Of a stretch of DNA of 55,910 nucleotides, positions 27,169-36,045 are shown one piece after another. The DNA is from a virus (lineage: Duplodnaviria > Caudoviricetes), in IMG/VR virus record IMGVR_UViG_3300049789_000029, positions 1 to 55,910 of that record; one strand, 5' to 3'. The notes under the pieces were generated by a model that worked only from the letters and a program-made list of their open reading frames with translations, was not told the origin of the DNA and made no database searches. A program made the position numbers and the translations under genes. Every line of letters starts with the position of its first letter. The first letter of the stretch is position 1.

Positions 27169-28434
27169 GTGAGTAAAGAAACGATGCGAAACAAACGTGT
27201 CGAGAAGGCGCAACTGCGCGTTCTCTTCAACGTGCCGTTCTTCGCACCCGGAGTGGCGCAACTCCAGCAAGTGATCTGGGATGCGACGATTCCAACGGCG
27301 TGCACGGACGGAAAGGTCATCCGGTGGAATCCGGATTGGTTCGATCAACTGGAAGATGAGGTGATCGTCACGGTATTGTGTCACGAAGTCGCACACGCAC
27401 TTCTTGGCCATCTGTGGCGGATTCCCCCGGGAGGTGATCCCAAGGTCTGGAATCAAGCCTGTGATCATGCGGTCAACCTGATGCTGAAGGAGTTCGGCAA
27501 GACGGTGACAAACCGGAACATGGCTGATCCATTTCCGTTCCCGAAGCCGGAAAGTGCGTATTGCATGGACCCGCGTTTCTCCGGGATGTCGGAGGAAGCC
27601 ATCTACCAACAACTGGCACAGAACTCCGGTGGAGGTGGTGGGGGAGGCCAAGGACAGGCCGTGGCGGGTTCGGGGGGTAGTTCCGGCCAGCCAAGCGGGA
27701 GAAAAGGGCAGAGCGGGCAGGGAGCAAGCGGCAATACCCCTCAGAATGGTTCTCCTCCTCCGTTCGGAGAGTTCACTCCCCAGCCAGCGACAGACCAGCA
27801 AGCCAAGCAGGACAAGACCCAATGGGAGAACACCCTATTGCAGAGCATTGCGGCCAGCAAAGGCCGTGGTGATGTCCCCGGGATGCTGGACAGGTTTGTT
27901 GAGGAGTTGATGAACCCCAAAGTTCCTTGGACAGAGCTGGTCAAGAACTGGCTTCGCGAGAAGGCAGAGGATGACTGGGACTGGACCAAGCCGAATCCTT
28001 ACTTCGATGACGGGGACTTCATCCTCCCCAGTCTGCACAGCGAGCGGATGGGAACGGCAGTGTTCGCGACGGATACGTCCGGCAGTATCGATCAAACGGT
28101 GCTGGCCAAGTTCCAAGCGGAGAAGCAAGGATTCTTGGACGAGATGAAGCCGACGAAGCTCGTGGACATCTGCTGTGACACCCGGATCACTCAGGAGAAG
28201 GAATACAGGGTGGGTGATCAGATTGACACCAACTGCCCGGGTGGAGGCGGGACACGGTTTGAGCCGGTGTTCGAACATATTGAAGGGTTCACGGACAAGC
28301 CCAAGTTCGCGGTCTACCTGACAGACTTGGACGGAAGCTTCCCGGCACAGGAACCGGATTATCCGGTGCTCTGGGTGGTCTACGGATGCGGGGATAAGAA
28401 GGCACCGTTTGGAGACACCATTCAAGCGGAGTAA
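27169..28434 (+). CDS. HExxH metallopeptidase + VWA-like protein (DUF2201 type)
   Basis: TACTDG, CHEVAH, WNQACDHAVN; MIDAS DTSGS, GGGTRF, YLTD. Confidence 0.9.
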   Translation: MSKETMRNKRVEKAQLRVLFNVPFFAPGVAQLQQVIWDATIPTACTDGKVIRWNPDWFDQLEDEVIVTVLCHEVAHALLGHLWRIPPGGDPKVWNQACDHAVNLMLKEFGKTVTNRNMADPFPFPKPESAYCMDPRFSGMSEEAIYQQLAQNSGGGGGGGQGQAVAGSGGSSGQPSGRKGQSGQGASGNTPQNGSPPPFGEFTPQPATDQQAKQDKTQWENTLLQSIAASKGRGDVPGMLDRFVEELMNPKVPWTELVKNWLREKAEDDWDWTKPNPYFDDGDFILPSLHSERMGTAVFATDTSGSIDQTVLAKFQAEKQGFLDEMKPTKLVDICCDTRITQEKEYRVGDQIDTNCPGGGGTRFEPVFEHIEGFTDKPKFAVYLTDLDGSFPAQEPDYPVLWVVYGCGDKKAPFGDTIQAE

Positions 28435-28438
28435 TCAA

Positions 28439-28720
28439 ATGCCAAATCCGGAGAACTTGCCCGGTGGTTCGCTGACTCATGACTTCCTGACTGTGGAAGC
28501 GTGGAAGCCAAAAGGCGAGAAAAGCGAATTGCCGTTCAAGTTCCCGGACTGGCTCTACAACGATGACGGCAGAGAGGACGTGGAATCTATTCGTGCCTTC
28601 TGCCTTCATCACATTGAGAATTATGACCAGCAATACAAGTTCTGGCACACGGAACGATGGCGGACTTTTATTCAGCAGAGGCAAGCGGCCTGTTGCGCGT
28701 GGCTCCTCGCTCACTCATGA
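28439..28720 (+). CDS. Hypothetical protein
   Basis: Packed ORF. Confidence 0.6.
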   Translation: MPNPENLPGGSLTHDFLTVEAWKPKGEKSELPFKFPDWLYNDDGREDVESIRAFCLHHIENYDQQYKFWHTERWRTFIQQRQAACCAWLLAHS

Positions 28721-29022
28721 ATAATCTTCCTCCAATCAACCTGAATCAGGACGGCTGGAAGTGGGAAGCCTTTGTTGTGGATTCCATGCCCGTTCAATCG
28801 GCAAAGGAAGCCGTAGCTGCTGGACAGTGCGACAATTACCACGCTTGCCTTGTGAACATGATCTTGTGCGGCATCACCGAACAGAAAGGAACCGCCCGGA
28901 CTTGGTTCATGTATGGCAACAAGCGAGTCTTTATTCGGTTCACTCGTTTGAGCGACGGAGTTCGAATGACGGAGTGGGGCAATACGGACGACAACCGAAG
29001 CATCATGGAACGCCTTAGATGA
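28717..29022 (+). CDS. Hypothetical protein
   Basis: ATGA-coupled. Confidence 0.6.
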   Translation: MNNLPPINLNQDGWKWEAFVVDSMPVQSAKEAVAAGQCDNYHACLVNMILCGITEQKGTARTWFMYGNKRVFIRFTRLSDGVRMTEWGNTDDNRSIMERLR

Positions 29023-29213
29023 AGACGTGGATAGATGACATCCGGAACAAGCTTATGACTCCGGAAGAGAAGGCCATCTTTGAAGAGCGCAAGATTATCG
29101 CTCGGATGGAAGACTTTCTGAGCCGTGCGACATCGCCAAAGAAGATTGTGCGGTACACGCATCGAATGAACCGAGCACGAACAAGGCTCACGGTGTTGTT
29201 GCTGATCAAATGA
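29019..29213 (+). CDS. Hypothetical protein
   Basis: ATGA-coupled. Confidence 0.6.
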   Translation: MKTWIDDIRNKLMTPEEKAIFEERKIIARMEDFLSRATSPKKIVRYTHRMNRARTRLTVLLLIK

Positions 29214-29219
29214 ATTTCT

Positions 29220-29337
29220 GCACTGAGATTGGTCTGTGGTGTGATTCCACGCGGAACGCGCAGGATAGTTCCCGGGTGGCCAACGGTGGTGACGCCTGCG
29301 TCAGTAGAAACTGGGTTCGATTCCCGGCAGTGCGCCA
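29220..29337 (+). ncRNA. tRNA-like RNA with canonical T-arm and CCA end but a non-canonical, enlarged body
   Basis: GCACTG/CAGTGC-G-CCA acceptor-like stem; CTGGG-TTCGATT-CCCGG T-arm; no assignable anticodon. Confidence 0.55.
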
Positions 29338-29390
29338 GATTTCCCGGTTAAAGTGATCGGGGATAACCAAGAAGAAAGGACAGTTAAAAA

Positions 29391-30287
29391 ATGAGCACAC
29401 AGTTAGCAAAGCGAGCCGTTCTTATGCGGCTCACCATGGGATTGCCGGGTGAATTCCGGCAGGATGACAGCCTGACACAGGACGTGAAGAAGGAACACAA
29501 CTTGGGTCAACAGGCTGGCAAGTGGGTCAAGGCGTTGTATCCGCCCGAAGCGCTGGCCGACATCAAGAAGCTGGACAACGAAGCCAGAACGTATCATGAC
29601 GCCATCACGCTCCCGTTCGATAAGGGCATCGGTATTCTCCCGGCTGCACTGATCATGGAACACGCTGAGAGAATGCGGACGTTCATGGGACGACGGGAAG
29701 CGCTGGTCAACGCTCGCTTCATGGCTGATCCCCAGAAGTGGATTGACTGGGCGCATACCAATCACAACGGGACGTTTGACCCTAGCCTGTATCCGGGTTG
29801 CTACAAGGACGAAGCTACCGGGACGTGGATGGTGGACGCGGACAAGTTCCGTAAGGAGATGAAGGCCAAGTTCTACTTCCGCACGGAACCGTTGCCGGTG
29901 CCGGACTCGAAACACTTTGAGACCAGCGTCAAGGACTTGCTGGGACTGGACTCGGAGTCGGTGAATATCCGGATTGAAGATGCCGCAAAGGAAGCGCAAC
30001 AGGAGTTGCTCCGAAGAATGCTCAAGCCAGTGGCACACATGGCGGCAACTCTGAAGAAGGAAGACCCGCGCATCTTTGATTCGCTGATCGGGAACGTGAA
30101 GGAGATTGCGGACATCGCTCCGAAGCAGAATCTCACGGATGATCCGGTGATCAACGAACTGGCAAAGGAGATGGCTGGCCTTGTTCAGTACACTCCGGAC
30201 AACTTGCGCAAGTCAGCTGGGACGAGAGAGGCAGCGGCGATGAAGGCACAAGCGCTGATGGACCGGCTCAGTGGTTACAAGCTGTGA
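29391..30287 (+). CDS. DUF3150-like protein
   Basis: Helical 298 aa, TLPFDKGIGILP, YP motif; typical neighbour of AAA/VWA pairs. Confidence 0.6.
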   Translation: MSTQLAKRAVLMRLTMGLPGEFRQDDSLTQDVKKEHNLGQQAGKWVKALYPPEALADIKKLDNEARTYHDAITLPFDKGIGILPAALIMEHAERMRTFMGRREALVNARFMADPQKWIDWAHTNHNGTFDPSLYPGCYKDEATGTWMVDADKFRKEMKAKFYFRTEPLPVPDSKHFETSVKDLLGLDSESVNIRIEDAAKEAQQELLRRMLKPVAHMAATLKKEDPRIFDSLIGNVKEIADIAPKQNLTDDPVINELAKEMAGLVQYTPDNLRKSAGTREAAAMKAQALMDRLSGYKL

Positions 30288-30502
30288 AGTTCAGCGGCTA
30301 TCCATCGGACGACGTTGTGACAATGCAACAATTCAAGAAGCACTTGGATTCCATTGACGAACGACGGATTGAACGGCAAATCGCGGCCCTGAGACACAAA
30401 CTCGGGGCTGCGAGGAGCCTTCGAAAACGAGAGCGTTACGCCAAACGGATTCAATCCAAGAAAGCTCAGTTGTTGGTGGCTGTCATCTGTAGAGAACGAT
30501 GA
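30284..30502 (+). CDS. Hypothetical protein
   Basis: Coupled ORF. Confidence 0.55.
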   Translation: MKFSGYPSDDVVTMQQFKKHLDSIDERRIERQIAALRHKLGAARSLRKRERYAKRIQSKKAQLLVAVICRER

Positions 30503-30708
30503 TGCCAGAAACCTACATGCTGATTCGGAGTGAGTTGCCGCATCTGAAGCTGCCTCACTGGATAGACCTATTACCAACAAGCCGAAGGAAAGCGAAGCGC
30601 CTGAACAGGGAACAACTGATAGCCAAGCGCACATATGTGTTGATGGCTTCTGAGTTTCCAAAGGAACAGATTCAGAGTGAAAACCTTTGGCCCCGGAAGC
30701 TCAAATGA
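30499..30708 (+). CDS. Hypothetical protein
   Basis: Coupled ORF. Confidence 0.55.
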   Translation: MMPETYMLIRSELPHLKLPHWIDLLPTSRRKAKRLNREQLIAKRTYVLMASEFPKEQIQSENLWPRKLK

Positions 30709-31055
30709 ACAAGCCGAAATACATCATCGGTGAAGCGGTCTACGTGGACTTTAGTGGAGTCGTTGAAGGTGTGCCGGTGAAGGTGCGCAAACATCTCTGG
30801 GTGTTTGGTGTCCAGATTGGAGTAGATGCTTACCCGAAGTTCGCTCCAGTGTTCGTGTACAAGTTGAGCGAAAATCCTCCGATTGTCGGAGAGCGGCCCG
30901 GGAAATTTTACGAGAAACAGGAATCTGAAATCATTGGCCCGGTGGAACCTGTGGTTGCGGAGGTGACGAAGGCTCAAGCGGAAGAGAAAGCACAACAGCA
31001 ACAGAACGCGCAGAAGATCATCGATGTGATGACCAAGCATCATGAGACACCATAA
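30705..31055 (+). CDS. Hypothetical protein
   Basis: Coupled ORF. Confidence 0.65.
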   Translation: MNKPKYIIGEAVYVDFSGVVEGVPVKVRKHLWVFGVQIGVDAYPKFAPVFVYKLSENPPIVGERPGKFYEKQESEIIGPVEPVVAEVTKAQAEEKAQQQQNAQKIIDVMTKHHETP

Positions 31056-31101
31056 GAGAGTGATTGGGGCCAGAGTGCCGAAGCAGTTCAAGGAATCAGG
31101 G

Positions 31102-31365
31102 ATGGAGTCATTTCCAGCACTTCACAAACCGTTAGTGATTTCTGAACTGAGTCGGCAAGAGCGGTTGTTGCTGGGATATGCTGGAGCGATGGGAATGCGG
31201 GAGTTCGCGTGGAGTCGGTTTCATCCAAGCGCCATCATCGGCAAACTGCCGGACTCGGATGTCTATTATCGGCTGACACTGGTGATAGAGGGTAAGATCG
31301 AAAAGAATCCCGATGCGGAACTGGTGGCAATGATCTACCTAGCCAGCATCGGAGAGCAACTGTAA
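31102..31365 (+). CDS. Hypothetical protein
   Basis: ORF, start uncertain. Confidence 0.55.
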   Translation: MESFPALHKPLVISELSRQERLLLGYAGAMGMREFAWSRFHPSAIIGKLPDSDVYYRLTLVIEGKIEKNPDAELVAMIYLASIGEQL

Positions 31366-31386
31366 CAAACAAAAGGACAGAACAGT

Positions 31387-31671
31387 ATGAGTGAAGAGAC
31401 AGAGAATCAAAGCGAGCCAAGCCAGAGCACAGCCAATGCGATGCTCCGTGTCTTGAACGGCAAGCGGTTGAAGTGGACCGTCGTGATTCACCTGCCAGAC
31501 GGGAAAAAGCTGGAGTGGCAAGCCGTGGCCAAACCGCATGTGAAGTGGAACGATGAAGACCGATGCCTCTGGCTGATGGATAGCTCAGGCTACAGCAACA
31601 GTCCCGTCATGAAGTGGCCAGAAGGAGCCGTCATCCTCTGTGAGGACAATGAACCCGACAAGAAGCCATGA
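31387..31671 (+). CDS. Hypothetical protein
   Basis: AAAGGACAG leader. Confidence 0.7.
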   Translation: MSEETENQSEPSQSTANAMLRVLNGKRLKWTVVIHLPDGKKLEWQAVAKPHVKWNDEDRCLWLMDSSGYSNSPVMKWPEGAVILCEDNEPDKKP

Positions 31672-31778
31672 ACTTTGATCGATTCAAACCCATTTGGAGA
31701 GAGCGCCGTCCGGTGGACGAACGGAACCCGGACGATGGCATCACAGGGGATGTAAACCACAACGAAGAAAGGACAGTT

Positions 31779-31994
31779 ATGGTAAGAGACAAACGCATCT
31801 CGTTCGTCAATGAACGAGCCACAGACAGCAACGGGCTGGTGATCGTTTTCACCGGCAAATACGAACCCGATAAGAAACGACTCAAGGTATATCGAATCGA
31901 AGGAAACATCACGGACATGGAGGCTGTTGCCGAAGTGATCCGGGAGCGAGTGCAATCCATGGGACATCCAGTGGACAAGGTGTTGGTCCTCTGA
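31779..31994 (+). CDS. Hypothetical protein (could start at 31668)
   Basis: AAAGGACAG leader directly before ATG 31779. Confidence 0.6.
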   Translation: MVRDKRISFVNERATDSNGLVIVFTGKYEPDKKRLKVYRIEGNITDMEAVAEVIRERVQSMGHPVDKVLVL

Positions 31995-32003
31995 CAACCA
32001 ACT

Positions 32004-32246
32004 ATGGCAATCAGACCAAGATCGGAGATGAAAGATCGGAAACCGGAAATCGATCTGAGCGGCCCGGACGGTAACGCTTACGCACTCATGGGCCACGCGA
32101 GAAACTTCGCGAAGCAACTGAACATTGATCCGGAGCCAATCATCACAGACATGATGTCCAGTAATTACGAGCATCTGCTGGAGGTGTTTGAGAAACACTT
32201 CGGAGAATACGTCACGCTCTACAGGGACACCGGGGACGACGAATGA
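32004..32246 (+). CDS. Conserved-looking small phage protein
   Basis: IDLSGPDGNAYALMG...MMSSNYEHLL..F. Confidence 0.75.
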   Translation: MAIRPRSEMKDRKPEIDLSGPDGNAYALMGHARNFAKQLNIDPEPIITDMMSSNYEHLLEVFEKHFGEYVTLYRDTGDDE

Positions 32247-32428
32247 AACCGCCCGAAGGCTACCGGCTCCTCCGACGTGGAGAACTGACAGAGCCGGGAG
32301 ACCTTGGGTGCATCGATGTCAAACGTGGCTGGACGGAACTCCGGGCTGGCCACGTCATTTACCAGAGAGTGTCAGTATCCGGGCGTGTTGCTCGGAAGAT
32401 AGAAAACAAAACGAAGAAAGGACAGTAA
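32243..32428 (+). CDS. Hypothetical protein
   Basis: PPEGYRLL..GE....GD. Confidence 0.55.
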   Translation: MKPPEGYRLLRRGELTEPGDLGCIDVKRGWTELRAGHVIYQRVSVSGRVARKIENKTKKGQ

Positions 32429-32429
32429 C

Positions 32430-32666
32430 ATGAACGCAGAAACACAAACACCGAAGCCGAAGGCCGGACGCACCAAAACGGACCCGGCAATCGTGGCAGT
32501 CAAGAAAGCGTATCGTTCCACACCGTTGTTCGAAGTGGACGAACTGATGAAGCAGCAATCCCGGTGGATGCGAAAGCGCACCATTGCGGAGAACAAGCTG
32601 GCCGACGTGCGCAAGCGCATGGACGAACTGTTGAAGGAACTGGCTACACCCAAGATGTCGTCATGA
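32430..32666 (+). CDS. Hypothetical protein
   Basis: AAAGGACAG leader. Confidence 0.7.
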   Translation: MNAETQTPKPKAGRTKTDPAIVAVKKAYRSTPLFEVDELMKQQSRWMRKRTIAENKLADVRKRMDELLKELATPKMSS

Positions 32667-32908
32667 TCAACGTGTGCTCAGAGAACCACGACGAAGTGGC
32701 CTACATTGACCGCGAGTGTCCGATGTGCGTCCTGATCGGACAGCACAAAGAGGCACTCTCGGACGAGAGGGATAAGGTCAAGGTGTTGGAAAGCGAATTA
32801 TCCGACGCTCTTGCCGAAATCCAACTCCTTCGCGAGCCGGTCATCTGTGCCGTGAAGGTGATCAGAGAGGAGATGCTCAATGAGTCACCCCTTGCGCAAT
32901 CACCGTAG
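32663..32908 (+). CDS. Small Zn-binding/coiled-coil protein
   Basis: CSENH...CPMC. Confidence 0.6.
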   Translation: MINVCSENHDEVAYIDRECPMCVLIGQHKEALSDERDKVKVLESELSDALAEIQLLREPVICAVKVIREEMLNESPLAQSP

Positions 32909-32971
32909 CTCGTGATATGGAACAGCAGCAGAAAACAGGACAGACAGGACAGTAACCAACAAAACCAATTC

Positions 32972-33036
32972 GGAGTGCGGGCCTGCGAGTAGCTCACTTC
33001 TCGCCGTCAACTGTCCGACGCTTCGGCCCGCACTCC
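32972..33036 (+). ncRNA. Candidate multi-branch cis-regulatory RNA
   Basis: Perfect 12-bp stem ggagtgcgggcc/ggcccgcactcc enclosing two hairpins (gcgag/ctcgc, cgtc/gacg). Confidence 0.5.
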
Positions 33037-33062
33037 ACCCCTTAAACAGAAAGACAGAAACC

Positions 33063-34124
33063 ATGACTGATAATAAAAACCAACCCGTGGAAGAACTGGA
33101 AGTGCTTGCGCCATCGGCTGTGATGTCCCTTGAACGGGCATCCATCGATTGCCAAGTCGCCACGGCACACCAATACCCTCGCAGCTTGGAACTGTTCAAG
33201 AAGCGTGCGCTCTCCATGGCCACGCTGGACTTGCCGACAGCGGAAAGCTGTATCTACTCCCGGCCTGTCGGAGACGGCAAGGTTGCGGAAGGTGCCAGCA
33301 TTCGTCTGGCAGAAATCGTAGCAGCCAGCTACGGCAATCTTCGTGTTGCTTCGCGCATCGTGGAACAGACTGAACGCTACGTGAAGTGCGAAGGAGTTGC
33401 TCACGATCTTGAATCCAATTACGCGGGCAAGTCCGAGTGCATTGAGCCAACCGTCACGAAGATGGGAAAGCCCTACTCCGAAGGGCAACGCGCAGTTGTG
33501 GCCAAGGCGTGTCTGGCCAAGGCTTACCGGGATGCCGTGTTCAAGGTTGTCCCCAAGGCGTTGTGCAAAGCGGTGATCGATGCCGCCATCGGTGTCATCA
33601 ACAAGGATGTGGTCTCTCTGGAAGACCGTCGCAAACGAGTGCGTGACTGGCTGAAGGCAATCAAGGTGGATGACCGCCGCGTGTTCACCGTCCTGAAAGT
33701 AAAGGGCTGGAGTGAAGTGTCGGACGATCACTTGATTGTTCTCACTGGACTCAAGACCGCCATCAACGACGGAGACACAACGGTTGAGGAAGCGTTCCCG
33801 AACATTCCCAGCAAGCCGTTGTTCAACGAGCCAACTCCTCCGGCAGGAGCGCCACAGGAAGCGAACCCGGCAGGAGCAACTCCGCCAACGCCGCCCGCAC
33901 CTCAACAGAAGCAGCAGACTCCGGTGGAGAAGGTTCGTTCCTTCTCCAAGATTGCCGGAGTAAAAGAGGAAACGGTGATCTATTTCCTGACAGAAGTAGG
34001 CATTGCTGAACAGGGCACTCAGACGTTCGAACAGTTGAACGAGAGCGCTCTTGAGACGCTGCTCAACCAGTGGGAAGACATTGTTAAGCGCGTGAAGGAG
34101 ATGGCGACAGCGGCGAATATGTAA
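33063..34124 (+). CDS. Putative single-strand annealing/recombination protein
   Basis: IDCQVATAHQYPR..., EGASIRLAE, AYRDAVFKVVP; close to the exonuclease gene. Confidence 0.5.
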   Translation: MTDNKNQPVEELEVLAPSAVMSLERASIDCQVATAHQYPRSLELFKKRALSMATLDLPTAESCIYSRPVGDGKVAEGASIRLAEIVAASYGNLRVASRIVEQTERYVKCEGVAHDLESNYAGKSECIEPTVTKMGKPYSEGQRAVVAKACLAKAYRDAVFKVVPKALCKAVIDAAIGVINKDVVSLEDRRKRVRDWLKAIKVDDRRVFTVLKVKGWSEVSDDHLIVLTGLKTAINDGDTTVEEAFPNIPSKPLFNEPTPPAGAPQEANPAGATPPTPPAPQQKQQTPVEKVRSFSKIAGVKEETVIYFLTEVGIAEQGTQTFEQLNESALETLLNQWEDIVKRVKEMATAANM

Positions 34125-34131
34125 CCAATTT

Positions 34132-34333
34132 AACAACGCGACCGGAGCAACGTGGCTGGCATGATGGTCTTTTGGTAACTGTCCCCGTCATGTATCAGTC
34201 TGGAAATTGCCTGGGCAGAAAAAGGACTGGCTCTCTCGTGAAATGAGGATACGGGTCACAGCTTCCTCTATAAGCGGAGAGTTGGTTCATGCACCCCACT
34301 TGCAGGGTGCATCCTCTGTACGGGCGCGTTGTT
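34132..34333 (+). ncRNA. Candidate ~200-nt structured ncRNA
   Basis: Closing stem aacaacgcg/cgcgttgtt with at least five internal stems. Confidence 0.6.
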
Positions 34334-34345
34334 TGTTACGAAATT

Positions 34346-34657
34346 ATGAGCCGACAACTTCTTTGCCGGAAGTGCGGTGATCCGTACGATCTTCACGCAT
34401 TGGACAAGCAGCATGGATTCTTCATGCGCAAAACCTTCGTGGCGCTGGGAGCAAATGCTCACGGTGTCACGGTGAACGGAGAGTTTACTCCAATGAACAA
34501 CTACCATTGTGACAAGTGTGATGAATTGATCGACAACACTGTTGTCGTCGCGGCGAGCATCTTCACACTGGAGAAACCGCTGGGAAACTGGGAAGAAGAC
34601 TTCGGAGAAGTCATGCCGATAGAAGCAGTTCAAGCCTTAGACAAATTATTAAAATGA
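34346..34657 (+). CDS. Zn-finger hypothetical protein
   Basis: CRKC...CDKC. Confidence 0.65.
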   Translation: MSRQLLCRKCGDPYDLHALDKQHGFFMRKTFVALGANAHGVTVNGEFTPMNNYHCDKCDELIDNTVVVAASIFTLEKPLGNWEEDFGEVMPIEAVQALDKLLK

Positions 34658-35778
34658 CAACACAACCTGACATCATAGACGAAAGGGGTGGATTCACCTC
34701 TGCATCCAACGCTGAGTACGATCTTCTCTGCCAAGGCCGTCACCTTGCGCAGAAAGGAAAGACGGCTGGCCCTGAGAGCGCCGACGCTTCGCATGGACGA
34801 TTGATCCATGACGCACTCAGAACTGGCGACACATCCAAGCTATCCATCGAACAGCATGACATCTATGAGTCGTGCGTGACGATTGAGAACAAGTTGTTGA
34901 TGGAACTCTTTCCTGAAATGGCACACAGCAAGGAACAAATCAAAGCGTGGCGAGAGGAAAGACTCTGGGTGACTATCACCGCCACTGGACACAAGCACAG
35001 TGCCAAGCCTGATGTTGTCTACCGCTTTGGCCAGCGAGCGCTGATCATCGAATACAAGACTCTGGCGGGTGAAATCCCTGAGTCTCCGAAGAATCAACAA
35101 CTCCGTGATCAAGCCGTGTTGGTAAGCGGAAACAAAATTGTTTCCGACATTGCTGTTGCCGTAATCCAACCGCTGGTCACTCACAGTCCGGAAGTTTGCT
35201 ACTACGCACGGGAAGATTTGAAGCGAGCCGAAACGGAAATGTTCGCACGAGTCAACGCCAGCCATGATCCGACAGCCAAGCGCACGGCGGGTGAAGCTCA
35301 GTGCAAATTCTGTTTGGCTCGCAACGAGTGTGCCGACTACCAGAAATTCGCTGGCTCCATGGTTCCTCACATGCTCTCTCTGCTGGATGTCCCGGTTGTT
35401 GCGTGGAGTCCTGACCAGCGAGCGATGTTCTTGGACAAGGCTAAGGTTGCGCAGAAGTGGCTGGATGAAACTCAGTCGGAGATGAAGAGGCTGATGGCCG
35501 AAGACCCACACGCGGTCACTGGTTACATCCTCAAACCCGGAGTGATCCGGGAGAGCGTCACCAACGCGCAAGGCGTTTACGAACGGTTCTCCGAACTTGG
35601 CGGCACAGCCGAACAGTTTCTTCAGACAGTCACGGTGAAGAAGGGAGAACTGAAGGAGCAACTGTCTGCCGTCACCAAGAAGAAAGGCAAGGAACTCAAC
35701 TCAATGATGTCCACCCTCCTTGAAGGAATGGTGGAAGCAAAACAAACCGCACCCACAATAGAGAAGGTGATCAAGTGA
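34654..35778 (+). CDS. Cas4-like PD-(D/E)xK exonuclease (DUF2800-like)
   Basis: SAS, LCQG, HG.LIH, EERL, KPDVV, IEYKT, QL..Q, QCKFC...C. Confidence 0.8.
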   Translation: MTTQPDIIDERGGFTSASNAEYDLLCQGRHLAQKGKTAGPESADASHGRLIHDALRTGDTSKLSIEQHDIYESCVTIENKLLMELFPEMAHSKEQIKAWREERLWVTITATGHKHSAKPDVVYRFGQRALIIEYKTLAGEIPESPKNQQLRDQAVLVSGNKIVSDIAVAVIQPLVTHSPEVCYYAREDLKRAETEMFARVNASHDPTAKRTAGEAQCKFCLARNECADYQKFAGSMVPHMLSLLDVPVVAWSPDQRAMFLDKAKVAQKWLDETQSEMKRLMAEDPHAVTGYILKPGVIRESVTNAQGVYERFSELGGTAEQFLQTVTVKKGELKEQLSAVTKKKGKELNSMMSTLLEGMVEAKQTAPTIEKVIK

Positions 35779-36041
35779 CGAACACAGACATTGCTCGTGA
35801 TGCCATTCTTGAGGACTTGCGAATAAGGTTTCAGGCAAACGACAAGACGGTTAAACCACTTGACCCCAAAACAGCGCATCACTGGTGGAATGTTGGCCTT
35901 CAAAAGAATTGCTACAGCGGAAGCGGGATAATGCAATGTCCCATTTGCAAAGTGGGAAAGCTGCGATACTCGCGCAATTCGTATAACGGTCACGTCCATG
36001 CAGCATGTTCCACAAAAGAGTGCGTTAGATGGATGGAATGA
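35775..36041 (+). CDS. Zn-ribbon protein
   Basis: CPICKVGKL.Y...YNGHVHAAC.T.ECV.WME. Confidence 0.7.
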   Translation: MTNTDIARDAILEDLRIRFQANDKTVKPLDPKTAHHWWNVGLQKNCYSGSGIMQCPICKVGKLRYSRNSYNGHVHAACSTKECVRWME

Positions 36042-36045
36042 AATT

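Noticed and set aside
29220-29337. Canonical tRNA, tRNA-Sec or tmRNA
   Set aside because: Too long for a tRNA, no clear D or anticodon arm, and lacks tmRNA ends and tag ORF
33042-34136. Long antisense ORFs (also 34840-35661, 50047-51012, 29403-30038)
   Set aside because: Mirror frames of well-supported genes, expected in GC-rich DNA
34654-35778. CRISPR-Cas system
   Set aside because: A solo Cas4-like exonuclease is common in phages; no cas1 or repeat-spacer array, and the repeated motifs are irregularly spaced at gene boundaries
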